From Mobula hypostoma (Eukaryota): a stretch of DNA of 64,000 bases. A program made the translations under genes and the position numbers. A model generated the notes under the pieces. The model saw only the letters and a list, made by a program, of their open reading frames with translations, was not told where the DNA came from and ran no database searches. The DNA lies in NCBI RefSeq assembly GCF_963921235.1, contig NC_086104.1:63426001-63490000 (forward strand). The letters run 5' to 3'. Shown in pieces: positions 49,100 through 62,100 of the stretch (positions are counted from its first letter, which is position 1; each line of letters starts with the position of its first letter).

Positions 49100-49325
49100 T
49101 ATTTATTTTTATTTATTGAGGTACAGCATGGAACAGGCTCTTCTGGCCCTTCGAGTTGCACCACCCAGCATCCTAGCTTTAACCCTAGCCTAATCACGGG
49201 ACAGTTTTCAATGACCCATAAACCTACCAACCATACATCTTTGGACTAGGGGAGAAAACCGGAGCCCAGAGGAAACCCACATCGGGAGAACATATAAACT
49301 CCTTGCAGACAGTGGCAGGAAGCTT
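49100..49325 (-). mobile_element. V-SINE-type element
   Basis: Reverse-complement V-core (ctttggac...gaaaaccggagcccagaggaaaccca) and (tatt)n tail. Confidence 0.7.
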
Positions 49326-51208
49326 TTCAGAGATTTAATAGTTAACCACCTGAAATGGTCTTATAAGGAAAGGTTAGACAGGCTTGCTTTGATTCAGCTG
49401 GACCTTAGAAGAATGAGAGATGACTTAATTCAAACATCCAAAACCTTTAAGCATCTTACAGGAAGAATGAGGAGAGGATGTTTTCTCTAGTGGGAAAATC
49501 AAGAACTAGAGGTTAGTGTTGAAAAATTAAGGGGTAACCCTTTAAAGATTGGTAAGGTGAAATTCTTTCCAATAAATTTGACCAGATTTTGATATATTGA
49601 TCTAGGACAGCTGAGCATAAATGTTCAAAATTATATCCTATGCTGATCACAAACATTACTTTGTATTACCCTCTAACCTTAATCAAAAGCCTCTGCAGAG
49701 CTCTGCTTACTCATTCTCTGCAGCTACATAGGACTGAATGTCTCATTTTTCCCTCCATTCCAGATCTCCATATGGTAGATTTTGTCTGACCAAGATTGGC
49801 AGGATCGCCATAATCCCAAGTTCTTCAGCCACAAATAGAACCAACAACACATATTGGGATGCTGTAAAAGAAACAAAAATGAAGTTCTGAAATATTAAGA
49901 TTGACTAAAGTGCCACATCGGTATATAGGTGACTGTGCCATATTGCACAAGGATGCAATTATTCTACGAGCGCATCAGTAAATTATTCAAATGACAGAAA
50001 TTTGTGTCATAAAACAGAAATTTATAAAAGGGTTTGAGCAATAAGGGAAAGGAATGTTTGAAATAGAACCAACGTTAATGGACACAGCTCTTCTCAGTAT
50101 TCTCCAATGTCAGCCAGTTTTTAAAAGACACACATTCCTTTCATTTTTGTTATTTTTTATTTTAATGAAAGCATCAATGCAACAGAAATCATTCAACTTT
50201 TGAATGAGGAAATAAATACCACCATCAGCATTTACTGCTCCTTCAATATCCATGTCTGAACTTGGATTCCCAGAATTAATCTCACCCATCCTCTATCCTA
50301 AAGACTGAGGAAGTTGTTGAAAGCTCTCCTCAGATAAAGGAATGGAAGAGACCTGGGACCAAGTATAAAGCACAGGTATAATATTTCTACCTCTGATCAG
50401 ATCACACAAAATACAGAAGAAAGCAAGTAGCCTGAAGTTTAGTATAAATTGAGTCCATTAAAATACTACTTCAGAATAAACAAATACTATTGCCTTTTAA
50501 ATATTTGCTTTTTGGATACTGTGTGGAGCTTTTTGATTCTGACATAAAATGTAAATTAATTATTTCAAACTGTAATTGAAGGATTTTTAATGAATGGAAC
50601 CCAAGAAAAAAACATATTCTTCACACTCTAAAAGCAGCTCCTTGCATTTGCAGTATAAAATCACTTAGCAACCTTCCTGGCTTCAAGAAAGTAGTTTAAT
50701 AAATCACTACTACACAATTTTAACTAAATAGTGGTTCTTTAATTGAGCGAAATGTTACTTCAAATCTCGTAAACAAGCTCTTGTTTCTAGTACAAGGAAT
50801 AAGCATTAAAAAGTAGCACTGGTTCAGTCTTCATAAAATAAATGTAGCCTTATACAAACTTATTAGTAAAACTTAATCATCACAATAGCACAGCAATTTA
50901 AGGCATTGGCAATGTAAATATATTAGAATGGCATCAAACATGAAATAATTACTTTAAAATATTTAAATTCCTTGAAAAAGAACAAAGGCTTGATTCTTTG
51001 GTTGAGTATAAATCAGTACTGTGCAGAAGACATTTTTGGAACAAAATATTACATCATTGTTTTTTGAAATAGATGAAAGTAAACAAAAATGTAGAACTTG
51101 GGACTTATCCAAGAAACAAAATATGCAGACTGCAGATCTCCCTCAACAGCTACAAAGAACTACCGGAAAGTGTCTTGGGATTTGACCAGTTTTTTCTTCA
51201 CCCTGGAG

Positions 51209-51248
51209 TTATCCGATGCAGGAAGTGCAACACTTTATTATAGCATCT
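51209..51248 (-). CDS. SFT2D1: SFT2D1 terminal coding exon: (R)DAIIKCCTSCIG*
   Basis: Acceptor ttgccttacag. 40 nt, phase-compatible with the previous exon, TAA at 51211-51209. Confidence 0.9.
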
Positions 51249-53405
51249 CTGTAAGGCAACCAAAAAGTATTAGGAAGTCAAAAAATAATTTATATTGTGC
51301 TTTTCGTAAGCTCAGGGTAAACGATTTACAGCCTTGTATTTCTCAGACAAAAGCAGAGCCCTTTGGTTGCACAATTGGATTTGTAGGTTTGACGAACAAT
51401 AAACTACAGATGCTGGAAGTACAAAGTAAAAGTAAAATGCTGGAAACAATCAGCAAATGACACTTTATATCATAAAGAGAATTTCTTCAGGTTTCTTAAT
51501 TAATCTTATTGAAATTGTGAAGATGTCGGTTAACAAATGTACATTATTTAACAACATAATGCATTAACAATATAATACACATTTATAGCTTTATTCTAAG
51601 CATAAATATTTCTGTAACAATATATGAGGAACCAGAGATGTAAAGTGATAAGCTTCCAAGCTAAAGTTGTTTGCAAGAAAAGTCTGAACATATCCTTCTA
51701 AACTTTTCCTATTCTTGTATCTACCTGTCTGCATTTTCCCCTGGCAGTTTATTTGACATACCCACCAGTCTCTGAAAAGTTGCTCTCTAAGTTTCTATTA
51801 AGTTTTCCCCCTCTCATCTTAAATCTAGGCCCTGTAGTTTTAGATTCCTTTACCCTAGGAAAACGGTTGTGATGATTCATCTTATTTACTAACCTCATGA
51901 TTTTCTATTCTGCTATAAGGTAATTTCTGAGCTTTCTATGCTCCAGGGAAAAAAAAACTTCTAGCTTATCCAGCCTCTTCTTACAAGCCAAGTCCTCCAG
52001 TCCTAAAGATGATGTAGACAGCATCCTCTTTTCATTCTCTTCATTCACTCTTCAAAGAACTCAAACAAATTTATGAGACCTGATCCCCATACAAAGCCAT
52101 GCTGACTATCCTTAATCAGTTCTTGCCTTTTCAAATGCTGGTTAAACCCCTCCAGTAAGTTTCCCATCCTTAATTTAGGCCCACTGTCCTATGGTTCCCT
52201 GATTACCATTGTGGCCCTTTTTAAGATAAGGCAGAACATTAACCATCCTACGGTCTTCCAGCACCTCAGCTATGACCAAATCCGGGGAAAATATCTCTAG
52301 CACAGGTCTGCAATTTCTCCTCTAGCTTCTGATAAAGGCAAGTTCTGTGGTCTAGATACTCTATGCCAACTAAAAATGACCATCCAAGCTGGTCCCATCT
52401 GCCAGCATTTGGCCCACAATCTTTTAAATTTTTCCAATCCATGTACCTGTTCAACTGGTTTTAAAAAGTTGTTGTTGCACCTACCTCAGCAATTTCCACA
52501 GGCAACTCATTCCACAGACATACCATCTTTTGTTTAAAAAATAAGTTGCCCCTCAAGCTCTTAATAAATCTCTCTTCTCTCACCTCTGCCCTCCAGTTCT
52601 TACTTCCTGAACCTTGACAAAAAACTGAGTGCATTCACCTTGTCTATGCCCCTCATGATTTTATACATCTCTATAAGATCATCTCTCAGTTTTCTGTGGT
52701 CAAAGTCCGTGCCTATACAGCCTCTTCCTATAACTCAATACTTCAAGTTCTGGCAACATCCTTGTTAATCTTTTCTGCACTTTTTCCATTTTAATTATGT
52801 CCTTCCTTTAGCAGGGTGATCCAAATAGAATGCAATTTTCCAAATGCAGGCGCAGTAGCGTTTTGTAAAACTGCATGTGACCTCCCAACTTGTATACTCA
52901 ATGCTCTGATTGATGAAAGTCAGCAAGCCAAAAGCCTCTCCATCACTCTGTCTACCTGTGACTTTTGGGGAACCACATAGCTAAACTCCAAGATCCCTCT
53001 GTCCCCCCACCCACCCAGAGTCCGACTGGTCACTGCAAAAGTGCTATCCGAATTTGACTTTCTAAAATGCACAGCTCAAACCATAGAATAGTAAACTCCA
53101 TTTACCATTCTTCAGCTGACTTGACCAGCCGATTAAGATCCCCTATAATCTTTGACAACCTTCTTCACTGTCCACTATACTATCCATTTTAGTTTTATCT
53201 GCAAACTTACTAATCGTGCCTTGTACATTCTCATCCAAATTGTTGATATAAATGACAAGCAATGAGCCCAGCACCAACTACTGAGTCACGCAACTAGCCT
53301 CCTGTCCGAGAAACAACCTTTCATTATCACTATCTGCTTCTGATCATCAAGCCAAATATTTATCCAATTAGCCAACTCTCTCTGGATTCCATGCAAGATT
53401 CCATT

Positions 53406-53707
53406 CCAGATTTGGGAACAGCTTCTTTCCAACTGTGATAAGACTGCTGAACGAATCCTGACCCGGATCTGGGCTGTACCCTCCAAATATCCGGACCTGC
53501 CTCTCGGTTTTTTTTTGCACTACCTTACTTTCCATTTTTCTATTTTCTATTTATGATTTATAATTTAAATTTTTAATATTTACTAAATTTTACTATTTTT
53601 AATATTTAATATTTGTAATCCAGGGAGCGGGAAGCGCAGAATCAAATATCACTGTGATGATTGTACGTTCTAGTATCAATTGTTTGGCAACAATAAAGTA
53701 TAAAGTA
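53406..53707 (+). mobile_element. Rex1 3'-end insertion (same family as 20678-20986)
   Basis: Near-identical tttgggaacagcttcttt...caataaagtataaagta. Confidence 0.9.
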
Positions 53708-54790
53708 TTTAACCTCCCAGATCAGTCTATCATCTATTATTAAAAGTCTTACTGAAGTCCACATAGACTACATCTACCATCTTGCCCTAATCAACCTTCA
53801 TGGTCATATCATCCAAAAACCAAATCAAGTTCACCTACACAAAGCCATGCAGGCTAGCCCTAATCAACCCTTCTTTCCAGATGGATGTCTATCTTATCTT
53901 TCATAATACTCTCCACTAACTAACTTACGACAGATGTTAGAACTATAGTTCTCAGGATTTTCTTTGTAGCCTTTCTTAAATAAAGGCATAACATTTGTTA
54001 ACCTCTAGTCTACTGACACCTCACCCATGGCTAATGATGATACAAATATCTTAGCCAGGGCTCCTGCAATTTCTTCTCTAGCCTTTCACAGTGATCTTGA
54101 ATACACTAGAGGACTATTTCCAGGACCTTCCACTATATAACAAAAACAGAAGAGGAGAAATATTCATTGAGGTACTTGCATCTTTCCTGCAGTTCCATAC
54201 ATCAATGTATATTTAGGTCTCTAGTTACGCTTTTCCCCTAAATATACTTCTAAATGCTTATTCTCCTTAATCTTTTTCTGTCAAATCCATGTCATGCCCC
54301 TTTCCTTCTTGAGTATTCATACATTGATCTCCCACTATCTGCCCTAAAAGCCACCCCTTGCCTGCAAACAACCTACTCCAATCAAACTTTACAAGTTGTC
54401 TCATAAAATTTGCCTACCCAATGTAGAATTTAAAACTGTGGACCAGTTCTGTCCCTTTCTACACTACTTTAAAAGTAATAGAATTATGGCCACTGGTCCC
54501 AAAGTTTTCTCTCACTGCACCTCAGTTACTTGCCCTGCCTATTACCTGAGAGTAGGTTGAGCTTTGCTCTCTCCCTTGGAAGGGCCTCTATTCAGGAAAC
54601 CTTCCTGAATACATTTAACAGATTTCACCCACATAATTACCCAACAGTATGGCAGTCCTAGTTTATGTTCGGAAAGTTAAAATTTTTCTACTATGATAAC
54701 CCCTTTATTCTTGCAGCTTTCCACATATTGTTATTCCAATTCCAACTTGAAAAAGGCAATCATCTTTTTTAATTTCTCAGCACCCATAAA

Positions 54791-55353
54791 TCAGACGTGA
54801 GAGCACAGCAGAACATCTAGAAAACTTCTGAAATGCCCGCTTTGCTGCCGCTGCTACTGTGTGGTAACCGGAATCTCCGGAGCTGAAGGCCCTGAAATCC
54901 TCGGCTTTGCGTGTTTCAGCGGCCAGGGAGAGGTCGAAGGCACTTGGGAGGCTGTATCGGAGAGGCTGGTCGGAAGCTCTAAGTTTTCGGACGGATGGAC
55001 TCAGTGTCGGCTGTGGTCTGCTGCTTCCAAGGTATCGGCAAGTTGACGGTGCCTGGAGGTTTATGGCAGGAAGTTTCTCCCTTTTGCCGCCTGCTATCAG
55101 GGACTTGGGAGTCGATCGACTCGGGACTTTGAGACTTTTTTTTACTGTGCCCATGGTCTGCTTTTAGTCAAAATATGGTATTGTTTTGCACTGCGGTAAC
55201 TATATGTTATAATTATGTGGTTCTGTCAGTGTTAGTCTTTGGTCTATCCTGTTTTTTGTGATATCACTCCATAGAAACATTGTATCATTTCTTAATGAAT
55301 GTATGCATTTCTAAATGACAATAAAAGAGGACTGAGTGTTCTCATAATCTAAT
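54791..55353 (+). mobile_element. Unclassified CpG-rich non-coding retroposon nested in CR1
   Basis: CpG-rich body, with an end reading caataaaagagg...taatctaatc. The CR1 host sequence resumes on both sides. Confidence 0.6.
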
Positions 55354-56442
55354 CCTCCCTAGATGATCCTTTAATAATTTTACTTTTGGCAACTGCTGAG
55401 ATGTTCCCTTTAATAAAAATGCAACTGCCCCCCTATTTTTGCTTCACTTTTATCCTGTCTAGAGCTGTATCTCCGTACCCAGGAACTTGTTCAAGGCCTG
55501 GGGATTTATACGTTTTTGTGTGCTTTAGACCACCAGCACTTTCTCTTTTGTAATGACAATATGTTGTAAGGCATCATTTTTCATTTCCCTTCATTCTGTA
55601 AAAACATCACTGACATGTGCAATTACAAGTATGTTGCAATAATGTTACTAAGTAATTTTTACTCGAGTGTTTTGTTGCCAGCTGCCAGAGGCTGAAGTTG
55701 TCATTTATGAATTTAAGGACTTGGCCATCTTGGTTGGTATTGTGCTACCAACCACACGGTGAAAGATACTGAAGTCCAAAGTCACAATACTTTCTTTGGT
55801 TTTGCTTTGCAGTGCTTATTCTAAATGGTGTTCAACATGGTAAATACTGATGCAGCTAATGATCTTTTGTTGCCCATGTCTGACCTGGTAACACATTGTC
55901 TTTTTGGTCAGGTATTCTATGGTCACTATTTCCAAATTGTTTATAATTGTGCAAACATCTCCGGGGTGGGAAGGAACAAACCCAGGGATAATAATAAATA
56001 GAAGGAACATAGGAAGAAGCCACTTAGCCCATTAACAGCTCCTAGCAGAGGAACCTCATCAGTTTCATTCTCCCATAGACCTATACTTATTTTTTAAAAA
56101 ATCACATAACCATCAACTTCACTTTGCCATTATTCACATGGAAATCGGTAACGAAGGAAATCCTTGTAGTTACAGGGAGAACATGCGAAGTCCACACATG
56201 TAGCAACAGAGGTTTGGATAGAACGTGGATTTCTTAACCTGTGAGGGAGCAGTACTACATGCCCCAGACAAACTTCACCCTTGGATGAAAGAGCAGTGAG
56301 GTAATCCAATCATCCACTCCCTTTCTTTTACTAACTAAATCTTATATAACGATAATGTATAACTTGGAGCTGTTAAATGCCTTTCAAACTTTGCAGAAAG
56401 AATATGTTCATGACTTCTAGTTAAAGAGATATTTTCACATAA

Positions 56443-56683
56443 TGTGTGTGTGTATGTGTGCGTGCGCGCCCTTAACTCCTGGTGGAGTCGTTGGGTGCCA
56501 TCATGACAAGCTTTTGGTATGCTCATCGTACGGCGTGTCTTGGGACCTGAAACCTGGTAGAGCCCATCCCTCTCCAGGTTTTTTTTCTAGCTCAACCCAG
56601 GCATACAAGGGAGCCGGCCGGATTCGAACTTGGGACCTCTCGCCCCAAAGTCCAGCGTTGATGCCACTATGCCACCAGTCGGC
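56443..56683 (-). mobile_element. tRNA-derived SINE with intact Pol III boxes
   Basis: On the minus strand: A box TGGCATAGTGG, B box GTTCGAATCC, a unique body and a (CA)n tail. Confidence 0.85.
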
Positions 56684-57012
56684 ACAATTATATGTTAAAT
56701 AACTAAACTCTAGTTCTCAACTGCATGTAGCATAAATTGGCATCCTTAAAACAATAACAATTTGAAAACTAGAAGTCTCCATTTCAGAGGACACTTAGTC
56801 ATAACACATGCAGATTATGTATGAAAGTGGAATTGATTGAGGAAATCAGTATTGGTTATATTGAATGGTAGCGTGGACAAGAGGGATCATGCAGCCTATT
56901 CCTACTCTTACTTTATGTCCATAAAATATTCAATCAATTAAATATTGCAACAAAGAAACACATAATCAAAGAATACTGTATCATAATAAAATCAGTTTTT
57001 CAAAAGACTCAC

Positions 57013-57042
57013 CTTGCAAAGGGAATGTATGACAGACTGTAC
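57013..57042 (-). CDS. SFT2D1: SFT2D1 penultimate exon: (W)YSLSYIPFA(R)
   Basis: ctttcag|GTACAGTCTGTCATACATTCCCTTTGCAAG|gtgag. Encodes the Got1/Sft2-family WYSLSYIP motif. Confidence 0.93.
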
Positions 57043-58397
57043 CTGAAAGGAAAATTGGGATAAAATTCAAAAATCTGAATAAGCTTTGTCCATAATCTAT
57101 CACCTTTCCTTAAGTGCTATCAAAACAAATTTAATATTTCTCATTTGATTTAATTAATGAATACAATCATTGCGAATGGGTTGAACATATGATTCATAAA
57201 TATAAATATTTAGTACTTTTTTCAATTAAACTAAATAAAAATTACTACTCTAGTGCAAAACACTCTTTCAATTGCTCAGGTAGATGCATCAAATTTAGAA
57301 AATAAAAGAAATGTATCATCACAATTATTAAGGAACCACTTATATTAACTCAATAAAAACACATGTATTTATACCTGAGAAACTACGCAATAAATACGCA
57401 CACACTGAACTCAAATTTCCACCCAATATGCTCTAGAAAGAAAAAAAAAGCTACATGACTTTTAGTCTTGGACAATATTTGTTAATTTTATATGTAGAGG
57501 ATAACACACTGGATAAAAAGACAGAAAGGGAATAAGAAATACTGGAAAGGGAATACGAAATAACAGGATTGAGTTACTAAATTAGGCTGTGAAGCATTAT
57601 TTCAATGTGCCAAATGTTTGCACCATTACAAGAATGTGAAACTAACACTACAACATTAAACTTCAAACTTTAACAAATTTTAAGATTTTCAATGAAAGTA
57701 GTATTAATATCGTAAGATGGCTTTAGAGTGTCAGATCACAGGCATTCCAACAGAACGAACAGCAGCTTGTAAAACAATCCTTGCAAAAGAAGTTCTTGCT
57801 GGTGGCCTGACTTTTGGATTCATAAGGTTACAATTGGTTGCCACAACAATTTTTGAAGAACGCAGTAACTATTCAAGCTGCAGTTTTGTGAGATTTATCG
57901 TACTTTGTTTAGATTTAGAAATAGAGAACAAAATTGGAATTGGGGCAAGGGGTGCAAGGAAAAGACTAGGCTTTTTCATAGGGGCATAGCAAAGAAAGTC
58001 TGGAAATCTCCAAGTGATGAAGACAAAAGGTATAAACACATTTTATTAATAATTGGTTTTGACAGAAAGTTTCCTTTAAATTAGAGGGTCATCTATCTGA
58101 ATTAAAAATGACAGGGTTTAATAGGGAAAATGTAGAAAAAAGCATTTCATTTCAATCATTCAGAGTAGATTAATTATCTATAAAAACTGGCTTCTGTGAT
58201 AAATAAATCTTTAAGAACAAGATTTTAAAATTCTACTTGATTAAGGATATGGGTGACCTATGTGTTATAACTCTAAGTAAGAGAAACTTGTCTTACAGAA
58301 TTTATCAATAACTAGCAAAATATGTGAGATATAGAATAAAATCTGCTGTAACAGAACTTATGGAAAAATGTAAATAAATTCATATAAAGTTAAATAT

Positions 58398-58790
58398 AGG
58401 CCCCACCTCCCCCTGGTACCCCATCTGTTACTCATTTTTATGCACACATTCTTTCTCTCACTCTCCTTTTTCTCCCTCTGTCCCTCTGAATATACCTCTT
58501 GCCCATTCTCTGGTCTCCCCCCCACCCTTGTCTTTCTCCCCGGGCCTCCTGTCCCATGATCCTCCCATATCCCCTTTGCCAATCATCTGTCCAGCTCTTG
58601 GCTCCATCCCTCCCCCTCCTGTCTTCTCCTATCATTTTGGATCTCCCCCTCCCACTCCCACTTTCAAATCTCTTACTAGCTCTTCCTTCAGTTAGCCCTG
58701 ACGAAGGGTCTCGGCCTGAAACATCGACTGTACCTCTTCCTATTGATGCTGCCTGGCCTGCTGTGTTCACCAGCAACTTTGATGTGTGTT
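58398..58790 (+). mobile_element. Penelope-like terminal repeat containing a hammerhead core
   Basis: C/T-rich tract followed by CTGACGA-agggtctcggcct-GAAAC-atcgactg and gatgctgcctggcctgctg. Confidence 0.8.
58694..58729 (+). ncRNA. Minimal type I hammerhead ribozyme motif (probably decayed)
   Basis: CUGANGA at 58698-58704, stem II agg...cct, GAAAC at 58718-58722, AUC triplet, and stem I agcc/gact with one mismatch. Confidence 0.55.
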
Positions 58791-59269
58791 TTTTCTCTAA
58801 ATGATTTAGTAGGTAGATCTTGCCTTTCACTGAGGTCGAGGTAGGGGATCTTGGGCTTAAAAAGGTTGGTGACCAGTAGTCTACTGAGTCTCTGTGAGTG
58901 GAAGTTAGGAACAGGAAGGAGTCAATAACTGTACTGGGTGTTTTTGAAACTGAAACGTCGACTGCGCCTCTTCCTATAGATGCTGCCTTTATGACTAAAA
59001 GTAGTTTTCACCTGATGCTCTTTTGCATCTTTAACAGTTGTTGATCTACTCAGTCTCAGGCACTAGTTAATACCAACTACTTTTGTTGTCATTATTGTTG
59101 CAGTCACCTCTTTTCCATTCCAATAACAGAACACTTATATTTTTTGCCTTATTTGCTCCCTCACATTTTCTTCAATCTATTCTGAGGGATGAAAGTTCAT
59201 GTACAGCTTATCACTGTGTAGTATCACAATCATGAGCCTATTCCTCTTACTAGCCCAGTGAGTCTGATT

Positions 59270-61625
59270 TTTAACGTTCTATATGAACTTTGCATCCCTC
59301 AGAATAAATACATTGCACACGGCATCATATAAGTAGCATTCACAACAAAAAAAACATAAATTATACAATTTTAACAAAAACACAACTGGACAGCAAACAT
59401 TTATTTTTACTACAAAATGATCAGAGTAGTCATATTGTTACTAAACTGTAGTGATGATTAGGGTTTTGCTGGTTGGTTCAAGAACCAAGTGGTTGAAGTG
59501 AAGTAGCTGTTCTTAAATCTGGTGGTAAGGGACTTCAAGCTTCCGTACCACCTGCACAATGGTAGCTGCAAATAGATGGCATGTCCCATATGATGGGGAT
59601 CATTGATGGATATTGCCATCTTGAGGCAGTACCTCCTGTAGATACAACCACTTGTGGGGACGGATGTGCCTGTGAAGTACTGGGCAGAGTCTCCTACTCC
59701 GTGCAACTTCTTAGGTTCCTGCCATACCAGATCATGATGGATTCTGTCAACAGTCCACCTGTAGAAGTTTGCTAGTGTTCAATACTAAGCCAGGATACCT
59801 GCCAGGATACTGTCAACAGTCCACCTGAAGAAGTTTGCTAGTGTTCAATACTAAGCTGAGCCCCCTTAGCCACCCAAGTAAAGAAAATGCTGGTGTGCTT
59901 TCTTCATGATTATATCTACGAGCTGGACCCAGGACAGGTTATCTAATATGTTAATGTCCAGGAATTTCAAGCTGCTGACCCTCTCCACCATCAATCACCC
60001 AACATAGTCTGATGCACGTTGCCTTCCTTCCCTTCCTGAAGTGTGGCCTAAACAATGTCTTGTACTGTAATGTGACACCCCAACTCTTATACGCAATGCC
60101 TTGCCCAATGAAAATAAGCATGCCATATGCCTTCCTTACCATCTTGTTTACCGCATTCCCATTTCAGTGAATTATACAGACTTGTCTATTCAACACTTGC
60201 CATTAACTATGTATGTCTTAATTTCCCAAATGCATCACTTCCTATTCTATTTGTTATTCTCTCATCCACTTTCCCTTTTGATCTACATCCTGTGGTAATT
60301 TTGGGATAATTTTCTTCAGGTGCAGCAGATGCGACTTCTCTAGCTCTTCACTATGCTCTGGACAACAAGAACTCGTTTGTCAGGCTGCTGTTCATTGACA
60401 ACAGCTTGGAATTCAACAATCATCTTATCCAAACTCATCATTAAGCTTCAAGATCTGGGCCACTGTGCTTTCCTATGTAACGAGATACTCTACTTCACCA
60501 TTGGCAGACCACAATCAATGCGGAATGGTAACAACAACATCTCCTTGATGAACATCAAAACTGGTGTACCTCAAGGCTATGAGTTTAACCCTCTGCTCTA
60601 CTGTCTATATGCACATAACAGCGTGGCTAAGCATGGTTCCAAAGCCACATACAAATTTGCCAAAGACACCACTGTTGTTAGATGAATCACAAGTCTGCTT
60701 ACTAGAGAGAAGGGTGCCGCAACAACTTCCCACTCAATGTCGGTAAAGCTAAAGAGCTGACAGTTGACTTCAGCAAGTGTAAGGAGGGAAAATATGTGCC
60801 TATCTACATTGAGGGAAATGAGCAGTGGAGAGATTCAGCAGCTTTAAATTCCTGTGTGCTAAAATATCAGAAGATACAGCCCAGCACATAAATAATACCC
60901 AAGGAGTTCACGCCTGCGTTTTTACTTTCTTTGGAGGTTCAGTGTGTCACCGGATACCCTAACAAATTTCTACAGGCGATCTGTATCCTGAATGGTTTTA
61001 AGATGGTCTGGTACGGCAATTCAAATGCACAGGAACTTGAGAAGTTGCAGAGAGTGGTGAACTCTGCCCAATACATCACAGACATCTCCCTCCCCATCAT
61101 CAGCAATATCTACAGGAGGCACTGCCTCAAATATCTCCACCATCCTGGCAATTCCATCTTCTTACAGCCACCATTAGGCAGAAAGTACAGAAGCCTGAAG
61201 TCCTACACCACCAGGTTCAAGAACAGCTAAATCCTTTTAGCTATTCAGTTCATAAAGCAACCTACAAAACCTTAATTATCTCCACAGTTTAGCAACATGA
61301 CGACTACTCTGATTATTTTGAATAAGAATGGACTTCGCTTTTTTTCTTGTTCTAATTGTTTTTGTAAAAAATTGTGTATAATTTCTGTTCAGTTTATGTT
61401 TTTCTTGTGCCTGTGATGCTGCTGCAAGTAAATAAACTTGACTTTGACCTTACTGTGCATTATACAAGCAATTTTGGTGTCATCTGCAAACTTATTATTT
61501 GTGCCACTTACTTTTTCATCCAAATCATTAACATACATTGCAAACAAAAGCAGACCCAACACACTACTGGTCATAGCCTTCCAAACTGAAAATCCACTCC
61601 CCTCCTTTACCACCCTCTGCCTCAT
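59270..61625. mobile_element. Nested degenerate Rex1 (- at 59270-60010; + at 60320-61447) and CR1 (-) fragments
   Basis: TGVPQGYEFNPLLY...KFAKDTT, LKSYTTRFKNS, and YVNDLD...KFADDTKI. Confidence 0.75.
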
Positions 61626-61994
61626 AATATTATTACTGTTTATTAAATTTAAAACACAAAGTGTTATTCTGGTTGCTGAAGGATCCCATGGAGGTTAAAC
61701 TAATTTTATAACATATTTAGTTTGAAGCCTGTACATGGACAAACAAATATATACATTAGAAATCACTGTTTGGTGTGTTGGGTTGTTGTGAAACTAAAAC
61801 CAAAAAGAGAATAAAATTAGTTAAACAAATTTAATTTGCAATAATTGAATAGTGGAATAAATTTGCAGCTTTCTACCATCTATGCTCCAACAGATATAGT
61901 AGATTAAACAGTTATGATATCAAATGTCAACTACAACAAACATAAGAATAAAAATGTCCTGAGATATTTAATTTTGGTTTAATTTTATCTTTAG

Positions 61995-62032
<38 letters not shown>
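61995..62032. repeat. (AAT)n microsatellite, about 12 units
   Basis: Perfect trinucleotide run next to the SFT2D1 donor site. Confidence 0.95.
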
Positions 62033-62034
<2 letters not shown>

Positions 62035-62041
62035 ATCTTAC

Positions 62042-62100
62042 CAAGTTGTTGCTAGGAACTGTAATATACAGAAGACTAAGGCAAGTCCTTTCTTGTGCCA
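62042..62100 (-). CDS. SFT2D1: SFT2D1 internal exon: WHKKGLALVFCILQFLATT(W)
   Basis: tttttacttttag|TGG...ACTTG|gtaag, 59 nt. Joins in frame to 57042 and 51248. Upstream exons were not found and presumably lie beyond 64000. SFT2D1 is preferred over SFT2D2 because of WHKKGLA and adjacency to PRR18. Confidence 0.92.

Larger units (their letters stand above)
51690..55600 (-). mobile_element. Cluster of degenerate CR1 LINE fragments in the last SFT2D1 intron, with nested insertions
   Basis: CR1 remnants such as ggtcccatctgccagcatttggccc, tgcaaacttactaat and aagccatgc. ORF 53286-53486 contains GIQRELANWINIWL. Confidence 0.75.

Noticed and set aside
51098-51460. 120-aa plus-strand ORF
   Set aside because: It is antisense to the SFT2D1 last exon and has no protein-family signal.
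56610-56683. Possible tRNA gene
   Set aside because: It continues into a SINE body and a (CA)n tail, with no clean acceptor stem or oligo-T terminator.
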